From the human T2T-CHM13v2.0 reference genome, Homo sapiens, in assembly GCF_009914755.1 (NCBI RefSeq), contig NC_060932.1: 64,000 nt of DNA; one strand, 5' to 3'. The translations under genes and the position numbers were made by a program. The notes below the pieces were generated by a model. The model ran no database searches and was not told where the DNA came from. It worked only from the letters and a program-made list of their open reading frames with translations. How positions within the stretch are numbered: position 1 is the first letter of the stretch; each line of letters begins with the position of its first letter. This document shows positions 13,310-26,165 of this stretch, piece by piece.

Positions 13310-13540
13310 TGGCCACTAGTTACTGACCAATTTATTATAGGCCAAGAAGAGTACTCAACACTGACCATATATTAACTTATTTAAACCCAAGAATAACCTT
13401 AGAAAATAGGCATTGTTGTTATTACTCTCATTTAACAGATGAGGAAACTGAGGCCCAGAGAGGTTCAGTTACCTGACCAAGGCCACACAGCTTAGAAAAT
13501 GATGAAAATGGTGAACTAGAATTCAAACCTGGGACTTAAA
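13310..13540 (-). mobile_element. MIR SINE
   Basis: 'cagatgaggaaactgaggcccagagaggtt...ccaaggccacacagct'. Confidence 0.85.
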
Positions 13541-13622
13541 TTACAAATAAATATGAACCTAATAAAAGAAGCTGGTGTTTGTCTTGTTTACAACTTCTAT
13601 TCACCCTAGCTCAGTAACTGCT

Positions 13623-14108
13623 TATGGTCAGCATATAAATAGCCCCTCCAGATATGTCTATGTCCTCACTCACAGAACTTCTGAATATGTTACATAGCAA
13701 AGGGAGATTAAAATTGCAAATGGATTAAAGTACCAATAAGCTTACATTGGATTGTCTGGATTCCAAATGTAACCACATGGGTTCTAAGTGGAAGAGAGAA
13801 GCAGAATAGAGAGAACCAGACAGATGGCCAGTGAGAAAGACTTGGCCTGAAGTTGCTGGTTTTGAGGATGGAAGAATGTGGCCACAAGCCAAGCAATGCA
13901 GGTGGCCTCTAGAAGCTGGGGAAGGCAAGGAAACAGATTCTCCCTTAGGGCCTCCAGAAGAAGTACAGCCCTGCAGACACGTTGATTTTAGCCTGAGGAA
14001 ACCTATTTCAGACTTCTGGCTTCCAGAATTGAAAGATAATAAGTTTGTGTTGTTTTAACCCACTAAATGTGTGACAATTTGTTACAGCAGCAATAACAAA
14101 CCAATACA
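13623..14108 (+). mobile_element. MaLR solo LTR (MLT1D/E-like)
   Basis: 'ctagaagctggggaaggcaaggaaacagattctccc'; ends ttgttacagcagcaat...aataca. Confidence 0.85.
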
Positions 14109-14158
14109 CTCTTTATTCCTTCACTGATGCAAGTTCCATATTAAAGAAAAAAAAAAGA

Positions 14159-14596
14159 GCTTCATCCATGTCCCTACAAAGGACATAAACTCATCATTTT
14201 TTATGGCTGCATAGTATTCCATGGTGCATATGTGCCACATTTTCTTAATCCAGTCTATCATTGTTGGACATTTGGGTTGGTTCCAAGTCTTTGCTATTGT
14301 GAGTAGTGCCAAACTATCGCAAGGACAAAAAACCAAACACCTCATGTTCTCACTCATAGGTGGGAATTGAACAATGAGAACACCTGGACACAGGAAGCGG
14401 AACATCACACACCGTGGCCTGTTGTGGGGTGGGGGGAGGGGGGAGGGGTAGCATTAGGAGATATACCTAATGTAAATGACGAGTTAATGGGTGCAGCACA
14501 CCAACATGGCAGTGTGTACACATGTAACAAACCTGTACATTGTGCACATGTACCCTAGAACTTAAAGTATAATAAATATATATATAAAAAAAGTTT
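14159..14596 (+). mobile_element. L1PA (about PA4) 3' end with 5' inversion
   Basis: 14159-14310 is antisense ORF2 end, 14311 onward is sense ORF2 end, 3'UTR and tail; TSD AAAAAAAAAGAGC on both sides. Confidence 0.92.
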
Positions 14597-15789
14597 AAAA
14601 AAAAAGAGCAGACATATTCACAGTGCTTCCCAATTTCCAAGTATGTTATATGATTTGACCTTCACTCTAACCCAGGGTCCTGCCCTATTGTCACACCCAT
14701 TTTATGAGAGAACATTGATTCAGAGCAGTGTGGCATTTTCTTAAGGTTGTGTACTGAGCGAGTGACGGAGTGGCCCTGGAGTTCAGCTTATGCCTGCAGA
14801 GGTGATCTCTGCTCCCTGCACCAAGAAAATACTTAATCCATGTTTGCTGTGAATAAAAGAGTAGGACAAGACATTTTACTTAGACTGTGCCAGATGCCAA
14901 AAGAGGATTTCAAAGGAATATCTGTGTAAGAGAGAACTCATCACCTAACTCGCCCCTCAGACCTCTATGGCCCATCAGTGTCACATGTGGCTGGCTGCTT
15001 TCATTACTCTGATTTTCTAAATCTTCTAATCAGGGCTGATGCCTTGAGGCGGCTTAGACAGAACCCTCAGGGCTGGGAGGGAGCTGCAAATGCAGTCTCT
15101 AAAATAGCGTTCTGTTTATGTCTTCATATCACACACTGGCTGACCAGAATGCCAGAGTGCATATTGTACCCCACCCCTTGCTTTTTTTTTTTCTAAATCA
15201 GGCAAATGACAGAGCCATGTGACTCTACTTCAGAGTCCACTTAACTTAATTGAACAGAATGTGATGTCTGTGAAGCACAGGTGGCTGGCAATGGAGGCAG
15301 CACCCCAGCAGCTTATTATCTGATTGAGGTAGTGGCCTCCAAATGAATGGCTTTCGGAGTGTATTTTAATGGGCAGAGCCTGGGGGAGGCACTGGGCTGG
15401 GAGGCAAGGTGTGGAGGGCTATTTGCTGATAAGGATTGCAGTGAGCTGGGGATTTAGAAGGAACCATCCCACTTAGTGATCCCACTAATCCCCAAGTGGG
15501 AGGATTATTATCCTGAATAAGAGCTGAAGAACTGACATTCAGAGAGCTTGTGTACATTCCTCAAGGTCACACAGCAAAAAAGAATGTGTCTTTGTCTAAA
15601 TTCCCAGCCCAGCTCTCTCCCCTAGAATCCCTAGAACATGCCACCTTTTTGAAGTACCGTAATTCTTCAAGGGCTGGGTGATATGGGGGATTGTGAGGAG
15701 TAAGAGGTCAAGTCCTGTTTCTGACTGGCAGGTCATTGAAAGAAGAAAGCTGGCCATCTCCGTGACCCCAACGCCTCATACTGTGCATT

Positions 15790-16270
15790 TAGTCACAGGC
15801 TCTACTCTCAGCAGGGCTGGGTTGAATCCCAGCTCTGCCCTTTCAAGCTGTATAAACTCCAGCAAGTTATTTATTCTTGCTGAGCCTGTGTTTTTGTCTG
15901 TATGTTAGAAATATTAACAAAGTATTTCTCTTTTATTTTTTATTGATACATAATATTTGTACATATTTATGAGGTTCATGCTATATTTTGTTACGTGCAT
16001 AGAATATATAATCATCATAGCAGGCTATCCGGGGTGTTCATCACCTAGAGTATTCATCATTTCCATGGGTTGGGAGAATTTCAAGTTCTCTCTTCTAGCT
16101 ATTTTGAAATATGCAATACATTGTTGTTAACTATAGTCACCCTACTCTGCCATCAAACAAATTATTTCCCATAAGGCTCTTGTAAAGATGAAATGAAATA
16201 ACGCATGTAAAATTGCAGCCTAAGACATACAGCACACGCTCAGATACTGTTAGCAGAGCTGACTATTATC
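15790..16270 (+). mobile_element. MIR interrupted by L1MA
   Basis: MIR core 15815-15910 resumes at 16170 ('ataaggctcttgtaaagatgaaatgaaataacgcatgtaaa'). Confidence 0.7.
15929..16155 (-). mobile_element. L1MA 3' end
   Basis: L1MA 3'UTR motifs; TSD AACAAA(G/T)TATTTC at 15916 and 16156. Confidence 0.85.
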
Positions 16271-16679
16271 AATAGTGCTGTTCTTCTGTGTCCTTGGAAA
16301 GGCAATCACTTAGCTGGGAGTACTTTAGGGGCAGTGGGATAGGCCCTTCATCTTCTTTTCAACAAACTTTATTCTCTGTTAATAAAACTGACTAAAGTAA
16401 AAGTGTGTTCTCCAGAGCTGTAGGATCCTGTGGTGGTTCCGCAATGACCCCTGTGGCAGGAGTAAATAGTTAAGAAGTAAGTTGAGATGCACAGTTTGCA
16501 AACGCCACTGCTACTTTAAGTAGAGGAGCTCCACTTTTATTTTCATCAAAATTGGCATTTCCCATAGGATTGCATCTGAATACAAACAGAGGTGAGCTTA
16601 CAGGTCCCTCTCCAAGAAGGCCTCCTTGGCCATCTCTGACACATTTATTCTTCCTCTGACCTCCCCATTCCTCACCACT

Positions 16680-17120
16680 TGATATGGTTTGGATGTTTGC
16701 TCCCTCCAGATCTCATGTTGAAGTGTGAATCTCATTGTTGGAAGTGGGATCTGGTGGTAGGTCATCAGATCATGAGCACGGAGGATCCCTCATGAATGGT
16801 TTAGCACCCTCCCTGTGGTGATAAGTGAGTGGTGTTAAGTTGTTGTTAAGATGTAGTGATAAGTTAGCTCATGTGAGATGTGGTTGTTTTTAAAAGAGTG
16901 TGGCACCTCGGCCCCCTCTCTCTTGCTCCCACTCTGTGATACACTATCTCCCACTTCACCTTCCATCATGACTCTAAGCTTCCTGTGGCTTCACCAGAAG
17001 CAGGTGCAGGTGCCATGCTTGTACAGCCTGCATAACCATGAGCACATTAAACCTCTTTTCTTTATCAATTACCCAGCCTCAGATATTTCTTCATAGCAAC
17101 ACAAAAAAAGGGCTAATACA
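16680..17120 (+). mobile_element. MaLR solo LTR (MSTB-like)
   Basis: TGATATGGTTTGGATG...CTAATACA; TSD CCACT at 16675 and 17121. Confidence 0.9.
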
Positions 17121-17577
17121 CCACTGTTTCCCTGACCTGTGTCACCTACAAATTCCTTTTTATAAATCAAACCAAGTTATTGCAGTCTACTCCAAAGTAT
17201 GAACCACTTTCATATCTCCTCATTAGGAAATGGGCTATTCCTGCTCCCAGAAATGCCTTTTCGTCGTGCCTCTGGGAGTCTCCTACCAGTCTTTCCAGCT
17301 CAGCCCTTATCTTCTCAGTATTTTCTGACTTCTATTTCTTTGAACAAGCAAAATTACCCTCCACATTTGTAATCCTACAGATCCTCAGATTCTCCCTTAT
17401 CACTTCATTTTATAGCTAAAATACAGCTTTTAGAATGACTGCAAATACTGACTTCTCTGCAAGAATCTGGGACATATTCCACAATTCACCTTTGCTGTAA
17501 ACATCTTAGCGAAGAGTTATTACAAAGGGGTTTCCTGAACAATCATACACTATATAACACTACTTGAGCATTAAGTG

Positions 17578-18090
17578 TTATATAAGTTAGGATTTACTCT
17601 AGCTCTTTGTAACAGAAACTGAAATATAATAGCTTGAACAAGAAAAGTGTTTATTTTTTCTCATGTAGAAGTCCAGAGTTAGATGGTCTAGGGCTGATGT
17701 GGTGATTCTATTGTCTGGGACCAAGCCCGCCTTTATATTTATAATTTTCCATCCTTGGAAGGTGACTACCTAATACAATATGGCTGCTGGAGTCCCAGCC
17801 CTCATGTCCACTTTCCATATAATAAGAAAATAAGAAACAAAAAAGAGGAGTAGTGCAGAATGGCTTCTATCTTAAAGCTGAATCACTCATCTCCCTGTAA
17901 TTGTTTAGTAGAAAACCCCTCTTGTTGGATTATTTGTATACACAATTGGCCACCTTTATATGTAGGAGAGTTTGGGAAATGTGACATACAATGTTAATCC
18001 AAAGTTCCCTCTTAATATAGGAATCTGTTACAAAGAAAAAAAGGGGGTCTATTATATACTGGGCAGATAAACAACAGCATATAAACTGAG
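17578..18090 (-). mobile_element. Old MaLR LTR (MLT1J/K-like)
   Basis: 'gttaggatt...tgtaacagaaac...atggctgctggagtcccagcc'. Confidence 0.6.
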
Positions 18091-18711
18091 AGGATCCCAG
18101 CTTCCCTGGTAAATAGTCATCAACATGTTTCTCTGGTCCGCCTAATAACTCTTGGGGTGCGTGTTTCTCTCTAATGGATGCTGGAGATGTACAGTGACTT
18201 CCAAGAAGTTCACAGTCTACTGGGGCAGAGTGGACTAGCATGCTTCTTACTATAGTAGAATATAAAAACTTATATATTAAAGGCAAACACATGGAATTTG
18301 GGCATTTAACTCAGGCACTGCGGATCAAGGAAGCTTCCTGGAAGAGGTATGCTTGAGCTGTGTTTTGCAAGCTGTGTAGGCAGTAGCCAGATAAAGAGGT
18401 ACTGAGAGACATAACACCATGATACTGTATTCCCATATGTGGGTGGACAATAAAGTCATTTCTCATCTGTTCCATGCTCTGATTCCAATGCAGTCATGCA
18501 CTCAGTATTTATTCAACTAAAAGTATTTATGTCATTTACATATTTGTGCCAGATGATATTTAAAAGATTGGGTTGCAGAGGAGCACAGGGTAGCTTACAC
18601 TGTTGTTGTGGAGAAAGGTAGAAAACAGGCAAGTAAATCAATAGTTAGAGAGTCTAATTACAGCAATGAAGAAAATAAACAGAGAATGGTGACAGGAAAG
18701 CATAAGGACTA

Positions 18712-19148
18712 CACATATATATCTATATAGATATATAGTTGTGTGTATATACATATATACACATACATATATAACATATAGACACATGTATAAGATTTAT
18801 GTATGCATACTTATATAGCATATAGACACATATGTATAAGACATACACATATATACCCTTTGTATGTATATATACACACACTTATGTAAGTATATGTATA
18901 TATGTGTGTATATACACACGTGGATATAAGTATATGTATATATGTGTGTGTATATATACACGTATATATGTATACGTGTGTATATATACACGTATACATA
19001 TATACGTGTATATATACACACACATATATACATATACTTATATCCACGTGTGTATATATACACACACAAAGGTTATATATACACACATACAAATATATAT
19101 ATACACACACACATATATATGTACACACACACACATATATATACACTC
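18712..19148. repeat. Compound TA/TG/CA microsatellite containing a palindrome
   Basis: Direct observation; near-identical ORF translations on both strands. Confidence 0.95.
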
Positions 19149-19149
19149 A

Positions 19150-19790
19150 CTACAGTCAACTGGAATTGAGGTTGCACACTGTGATTTTTACACTGAAAAG
19201 CCAAAAGTTGCTGGCCACCCAGGGCCTAGGGAGGCCAGACTTCCTCAGACGTGCTTGCAGAAACCAGTACGATGCTTTAAAGAGCCCTGCTCCATCCCTC
19301 ATTGCATGGATCTTTTTCTTGGTGTGGACTCTGAAGGGTCTGTCTTTGGAGAAGGGAGGTGGGTGGAGCTATCAGCATCCCAAATTAGAAAAATAGAGAA
19401 GTCTGTAGCCAGCAGCCTGTAAACTGGAAACACTGGTCTCAGCCAACCTCCTCAGGGTGCCCTGGCTTCTCCCCAAGGATGGATGCTGGTGTCATCTATC
19501 CACGCTGGATGACGCCAGCATTGGGATGTGCAGAGCCCTGAAAGGGCTAGTGCAGATTGGCTCCACGTGCAGAAGAGAAGTCAGGGCTTCCAGGGAATTG
19601 CAATATTGTGACGTCTGACTCATATGTCACATTTGTGTAAAATGGTCTATTCTTTAAAATAGTGTGGATAACTGGAATAGTGTATGTTTGCTTGGAGGTG
19701 TTTGTGTGAACCTATGACCGTTACCAAACAGATGTTGCATTGGGAAAAATCCAAAACACAACTTCAAAATAAAATATATTTTTAGGTTTC
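19150..19790 (+). pseudogene. Probable processed (retrocopied) 3'UTR fragment; resembles the ISCA1 3'UTR from memory, unverified
   Basis: Non-repeat, more GC-rich block ending AATAAA (19768) plus ~17 nt, then AT-rich sequence; no clear polyA or TSD. Confidence 0.5.
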
Positions 19791-20334
19791 AAATATGCAT
19801 ATATTTGAAATATTCATATATAATAAATAAGTTGACTAACTTAATAAATCCAAATTTATATATATATACACATACACATGATATATACACACATACATAT
19901 ACAGACATTCATATATATGTAGTCTGGGGTATGGTCTGGAGGTCATCTATTTACAAGAAACACAGGAAAAATATTGCTCATCTCCATCTATGTTTATCAA
20001 ATTAAAATTCTTCAAACCTTTGTTTCTGTTTTGCTAATAATACCTTCTCCACGAAACAGAACTCAGGCAATGAGTCATTGTCAGGCTTTCAGACTAAATT
20101 GATAAAACAGTATAGTCTCTGCTTGGCACCCAGTGGTCTCTGTGCTGGATCTTGTCCCACCTAGATACTGACCAGAAACAGAAGTGGCCAACTGAGAGCT
20201 GAGAGACAGAAAAAAGTGTCATGTTTGTAATATAAAAACAAAGAAAAACAAAATGAAAATCAAAACACAACCAAACAAGACAAAACAACACATGAAAAAC
20301 CTAAACAGCATTCAAGGAATGCTTTGATCTTTTG

Positions 20335-21185
20335 TCTATCTTTTTTATTACGGCAATGAATGTATATACAAATAATAAATATATATGTATATATATGAGA
20401 GAGTAACAAAGTATACTAAAACCAATGTACCTGTCAGCTCCAAAAATTATTGCAAAAGCACCAATCTTTTTTATCAATATTCAAAATTCCTTTCTTCACT
20501 TCAAATTATTATACCAAAGATCCCATACCTAATGGCATTTTATTTTGTAAATCTCTAAGTAGGTTTCTTTAAAATATAAGAATTCCTATAAAAATAGCAC
20601 AATACCAATTTTATCTTTAAAATGTATTCTGTCATTGATAATTCTAAGATACAGTCTCACGTCTTCCAAGGCCCTATATTTTATTTAAAAGTTTGTTTAT
20701 TTGAATTAGAGTATAAATAAGCTACATACACTATAATTAGTTGATATGCGTCTTCATTTCCTGTATATAAAGTTGCTCCCACACAGATTCCCTCTTTTGG
20801 CAATTATTTGGTTGATGAAACTGACAGGCCCATTGTGTAGAGATGACCACAGTGTGAATTATACTGACGGCAATGCCGTGGTATTATCTACCATGTACTT
20901 CTGTCCCTTGTATTTCCTGTAAACTGATCAATTGATCTAAAGTCTTAATCAAATTCAGGTTTTTTCTTTTCTTCTTTTTTTTTTTTTTTACTAGACTACT
21001 TTAATAGTAGTTTTGTGTAACTCTCACAAGAGGCTCATCGTATCTAGATGTCTCTCTTTCTGTGATGCTAATAGCTATTGACAGTCATCCATTAGTTAAT
21101 TAGGGGTTTCAGAATGGTGCTATTCTAACTGTATAATTTCTTTTTTCATTATTAGATAGACTACTTCTAAGAAGAGAAACTTTCC
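20335..21185 (-). mobile_element. L1MC-like 3' region
   Basis: 'gtttatttgaattagagtataaataagctacatacact...gttgatatg' and related L1MC4/5 motifs. Confidence 0.6.
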
Positions 21186-22793
21186 AGGGGAACATATTGC
21201 ATGCACATTTCACCATCATTAACATTATTATAAGCATTAAAGCATTCCTGGTCCGGATTCCCCTCTGAAGCCTGGTCAGTTTGAGTTTTGATAATTTGCA
21301 TTTTAGTGCACAGGATTCCCATTAATATCTGCCTAATTACTATCTATTTTGAACATCTTCCTCTCTGAAGTTTTTTGTTTTTTCCCATAAAGACATTTCC
21401 AATTGTTCCTTTTGGATTTGTTATTTTTCTTCTTTCTTACCACAACAGTAATGACTCTTTCCTCTATTCAACTTACACTCAGCTTTCTTAATAATAGTTA
21501 AGGATTACAACTCTATCAACGAAAAGGGAAGTAGAAAAAAGTGTCAGTTGAAATTATATGCAGAAGGGTGAATTATTAAGAGAACATCTGGCATTAGCAT
21601 TGCTTTTCTTCACCACTGCCCTAGGAAAGAAAATTCAGCATTGTATTTACAAAGGTCTATTTCCCACCCTGGGGAGGAAATCTAGAACCTCTGTATTTTT
21701 TTTTTCTTGTTTCAATTATTTATTTTTAATTAACAAGTAAAAATAGCATGTATTTATCATGTACAGCATTGCTGTTTTGAAGTCTTTAGAATCCTTGTGC
21801 ATGGACAGTATGACATCATGTATGTGATAGTTTAAGCTAAACTGCAGAAGTTATGGCTTTTTTTAATCAGAAATACATACTCCACAGATGGCAAGGAGGG
21901 GTTTCGGTTATCTTGAACTCTGGTCAACACCAGATGTTTTGCTAATTAGCATAATTATCATTAGAAATAAGTAGTCAACGGTGAGATTAAGGACTTTATA
22001 AATAGCATAATGGACTTTAGAAATAGACGCTCAGTGTAATCAATAGTACTCAAGATAAGTGAACTGGCTAAAATATTTTAGAGACAGTCTCAACATGGCA
22101 TGGTAAGGACTACAGATCTAGCAGTGCTTTTTCTGTTCAATACCATATGGATTGGCATTAGAGGTATAATATAGTAAATGTCTTGAGTTCACCTTGAACT
22201 TTGAGGATTTCATTTGCTGACAATAACTAGGTCTTACTGACTTCTCCTCTAGAATATTGCTGTTTTTCCACAAAAGAATTTTTCATGCAAAGTGCCCTCA
22301 GAGTACCTAAAAGAATAGTGAGTTGAGATTTTTTTTCAAGCTATATGACTGTCTTTTTATTTGCTTGATAACAAATGTTTGTTTTCAAAATATCTTATGG
22401 AGCAGTCCTTGTATGATTGTACTGGTCACTTGCAGTAGGAATGACCAATTAATAATGCCCCAGCTCCTCGAAGCTCATGATCTGCCAAGAAGACAACACT
22501 AATGGGTGCATGAATAATTACATAATTTGTGTCCATGATATGGGAGGGACCCTTCTGAAAGGGGCAGAGCCAGTCCCCTCCTGGCCTGTGGTCCTCACTG
22601 GGAGCCACTTCCCTCTGCTCCCTTGTTCCATGGTTCACCCTCTTTATCCTCTAGTTTTGATGGTGGGCTAACACTCTTCAACTCAAGTTCTCCTGGCTTT
22701 TCTGCTAGACGCAGCCCCAGCCCCATCTCTCAGAGGGTGCATCTGGCACACAAGAAGAATAGCTTAGCCCAGGAGACATCTTTGGATGTTGTA

Positions 22794-22817
22794 GGGGGGT
22801 GGGGTGGGGTGGGGTGG
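22794..22817 (+). other. G-quadruplex motif (GGGGT)n
   Basis: GGGGGG-T-GGGG-T-GGGG-T-GGGG. Confidence 0.7.
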
Positions 22818-24890
22818 TATCACCCAGGGAGAAGATGTGGGAGTAGAGGAAAAGAAGCTAGTTGCAGATCCCAGCTATCAGGGGCTGAGGGCTGGACATG
22901 GGCTGCCAATATGTAAGGAGCGAGTTGGGGGAAGTGTGCAGGGGTCACAGGGAAAAGCAGAGGGAGGCCCAGGAAGTGAGGGGAGAAAAAGTCTTCCAGA
23001 AGGAGAGAGCAGAATAGCCATGCTTCCCTCTCTGTTTTCTGTTCTTGTCCGGTTTCAGTTTTCTCAGCGGACTTTGTAAGACTATTTTTATGGAAGTTTT
23101 CTCTTTACCAAGGTGGGCTGCTGCCTTCTTTTAGAGCCAGGGAGGAAAGACACCTAGATTTGAAATGTTCATACACATTACGCTTTTTTCTAGTAATTGA
23201 TTTCTCATTTTATCCCAATACCTGCATATTCTTTTCTCTTTCTCTGTCAGCCTCATTATATTAATCTCATTCCAGCACAGACATCGATTAGCGAGTGTTC
23301 TCTGAAGAGCTCCACATGCTGATGCTTGATGCCAATATCTGGAAATGGAGTAGGTGAGGACTGTGCAGAGAGACCAAAAAACACAGCAGGGATAAGAGGT
23401 ACCAATTGTCAATAAGAAGGGGGCTTTGCACCACTGAACGTGGCTTATGCTGCTGCCTGGAAAAAGAAGAAAAAAATGTCCATTATTTGTAATGTGGAGC
23501 AAGGTTGTGCTTGATACCAACAGCCTGGACTCACTGGCTGAGATGATAGGAAACCCTTTTATTCCATGGGCTGTGTAAACAGGGCTTGGGGTGAGGATTG
23601 TTCTGGGTCTTTGAGAGAGAGGATGCTTCAGAGACCGACTCTTCCTCTTAGCTATTTACAAATAATTTCTACCAATTGGAGACGTTTTTGATTTACAAAT
23701 TATGCTGTCAATTTTTTGTTAATTAATCTTAACCAAACTCTGGAAGGTATTATTGGTGTTTTTCTCCAGTTATTAACAATTAGGCTCAGGCTCATCTCAG
23801 CCAAATTTGGCCAGATGGATAATTGTGAAAGGATGCTCAAACAAGGGTTTCTACTTTCTAAGCTGATGTTCCCACCACTGCAACATGGTCTCTTCCTTAT
23901 AATATCCTAGGTCTTTGCTTTCTTGCTAGGCAATATTGCCTAGTATTATGTGAGGCCAGCCAATATGATAGGTATATTTGATCACTGGCTCAGTAAATAG
24001 AGCCAATACCCTCTTGTGAAAACTTCTTATAATTACATTTGCCTTTAAGATAACAATATGATTATCAAATATTTGACAGGATTATCAAGCCTTAGTGAAA
24101 ATTATTTACAAATTAAAAACTTTAGGAGGGCTGTCCTGAGTGTCAAGAGAACAGAAGGAGGTATGGGGAGAAGAGTAGCAAGAATAGAGCCTGCTGCATG
24201 TGTTCTATACTGTGCTGGGGTTTTATGCACATAATTGTTTTTGCTTCTTTTTTTGTCAATTTCATTAACTGGATAAAATAGGTGATATTTGACCCAACTG
24301 ATAAATATGAACTATAGAGCAGTTTGATATAGTTGAATAGCTTATGAGTAGCAAAGCTGGATTTCCTTGGTTAATTTTTGTCCTGAGTCTAGCTGTTAGA
24401 ATTCCCATTCCGGTGATCTATCTGTCTCATATGCAAGGTTGCTTGCCCATTCTCTGGCTGCAGGAAAATATTAAGTAGCTCTTAATTCATCAACCTGAAA
24501 CTATTCTTCAGACATCAAGGTCTAAGTGTGATGTTACAGATAAAATAAATAGATAAATAAAAGTATGGAAAAGATCAAGATACCGATTTCTGCTTGTTTT
24601 GCAGGGATCTGTACACTTCAGCTAACTGTGCAAATCCAGAATTTCCAGCCCTCACCAGTGTACACCCCAGAATCATTACACACATGGCATCAAACAGAGT
24701 GGTGCTCAGGGGCTCCATTCAGACCCTGACTGTCTCTTCTCCCCAGTAACTCCGGTGTGCACTCTTTTCCTAGTGGTCCCTTGCTTGATGAATTTAAATG
24801 ATGATGGATCCATTGATTCATTAATTTCTACTAAACACATTAATTGAGTCCTCGAGCTGTGCCTGGGATTGCTCTAAATGCTTTAGAATA

Positions 24891-25183
24891 CATCATTCTC
24901 AGCAAACTATCGCAAGGACAAAAAACCAAACACGGCATATTCTCACTCATAGGTGGGAATTGAACAATGAAAACACATGGACACAGGAAGGGGAACATCA
25001 CACACCGAGGCCTGTTGTGGGGTGGGGTGAGGGGGGAGGGATAGCATTAGGAGATATACCTAATGCTAAATGACGAGTTAATGGGTGCAGCACACCAACA
25101 CGGCACATGTATACATATGTAACAAACCTGTGTGTTGTGCACATGTACCCTAAAACTTAAAGTATAATTAAAAAAAAAGAAAA
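24891..25183 (+). mobile_element. L1PA (about PA3) 5'-truncated 3' end inserted in L2
   Basis: catcattctcagcaaactatcgcaagg...ccctaaaacttaaagtataat plus A tail; TSD AGAA(T/A)ACAT. Confidence 0.92.
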
Positions 25184-26165
25184 AGAAAACATTGGTGACC
25201 ACACCATTGGCACTTAAAAAAAAAAAAAGATCCCATCTTTAAGTGCTTTAAGTCATTGAGAGATTATAAGGTTATGAGTTTAAAGATTGGAATGCCAAAA
25301 AGAAAGTGATGAACACCAAAGTATAGACAAAGCGATCTGACATTTAGAGGATGAAGAAGTATATTACAGGTGGGGAAATAATAGTAAGTTTAACACTGAT
25401 AACCATTAATTTTGCATATATTATATGCTTCTCTGTGGGTCACATTCTTCATGTAAATGGATTCATTGGATATGCCATTATAATTAATATAAGCAGCTTT
25501 CAGCTGTTCATAGAGCACATATTTATTGCATGCGCTAGGCACTGGGTAATCTTGTCTATGTGTGAAAATACCATGAAGAAAGGAGAGCTTCAAAAACTTT
25601 CCCAAGCCTCCACAATACCCAGAGTTAACTCGTATCTGTTTGACACCAAGTAGATCTCTTTCTCTACAATTGGAAGACACGCAGAAGTCTTTGTGAAAGG
25701 GACACCTCATCTGAGCATATAGGATGAATAGCAATTAAAGTTGAATTCAAGAAATAAACGTCCACCAGATGCAAGCAGTGAGCTTCGCTTCTGAAGGCTG
25801 ACGACTAGGAGGGGGCCGTATATTTGAGATAAATATATGACTATATGCAAAGAATCGGGGAAGCCAGAGTAATACACTATGGGAGAACTTTTTTGTTTTT
25901 AAATCACAATCTAATTTAACTGAATAAATAAGGAAAGATTTCTCAGGGATGTTCTTGTTTATGCTTAAAAAGCAAGGAGACAGGGCTGTGCAGGTAGAGG
26001 GAACTGAAAGAATTAAGGATTGGAGATAGACAACTTGAGACTGATAAAATGATGTCTCATTGCTTGCAGCATTTATTATGTGAATATGATGAGAATCATT
26101 TAAGATTTTATTGGAAGAGAAAGCTCCACAGACCAAAAATGATTAAACATCCTTGAACTAAAAAT

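Noticed and set aside
18797-19422. ORFs of up to 196 aa rich in Y/I/T/H/C/V
   Set aside because: Mostly translation of a TA/CA microsatellite; the unique C-terminal part resembles no protein I know
19505-19580. SECIS-like ATGA...AAA...GA
   Set aside because: Spacing and helix II do not fit, and the ATGA is engaged in an upstream hairpin
25184-25229. Apparent L1 3' transduction (unique ~30 nt plus a second A run)
   Set aside because: The TSD AGAA(T/A)ACAT closes at ~25192, and the remainder reads as the continuation of the host L2 with an expanded A run
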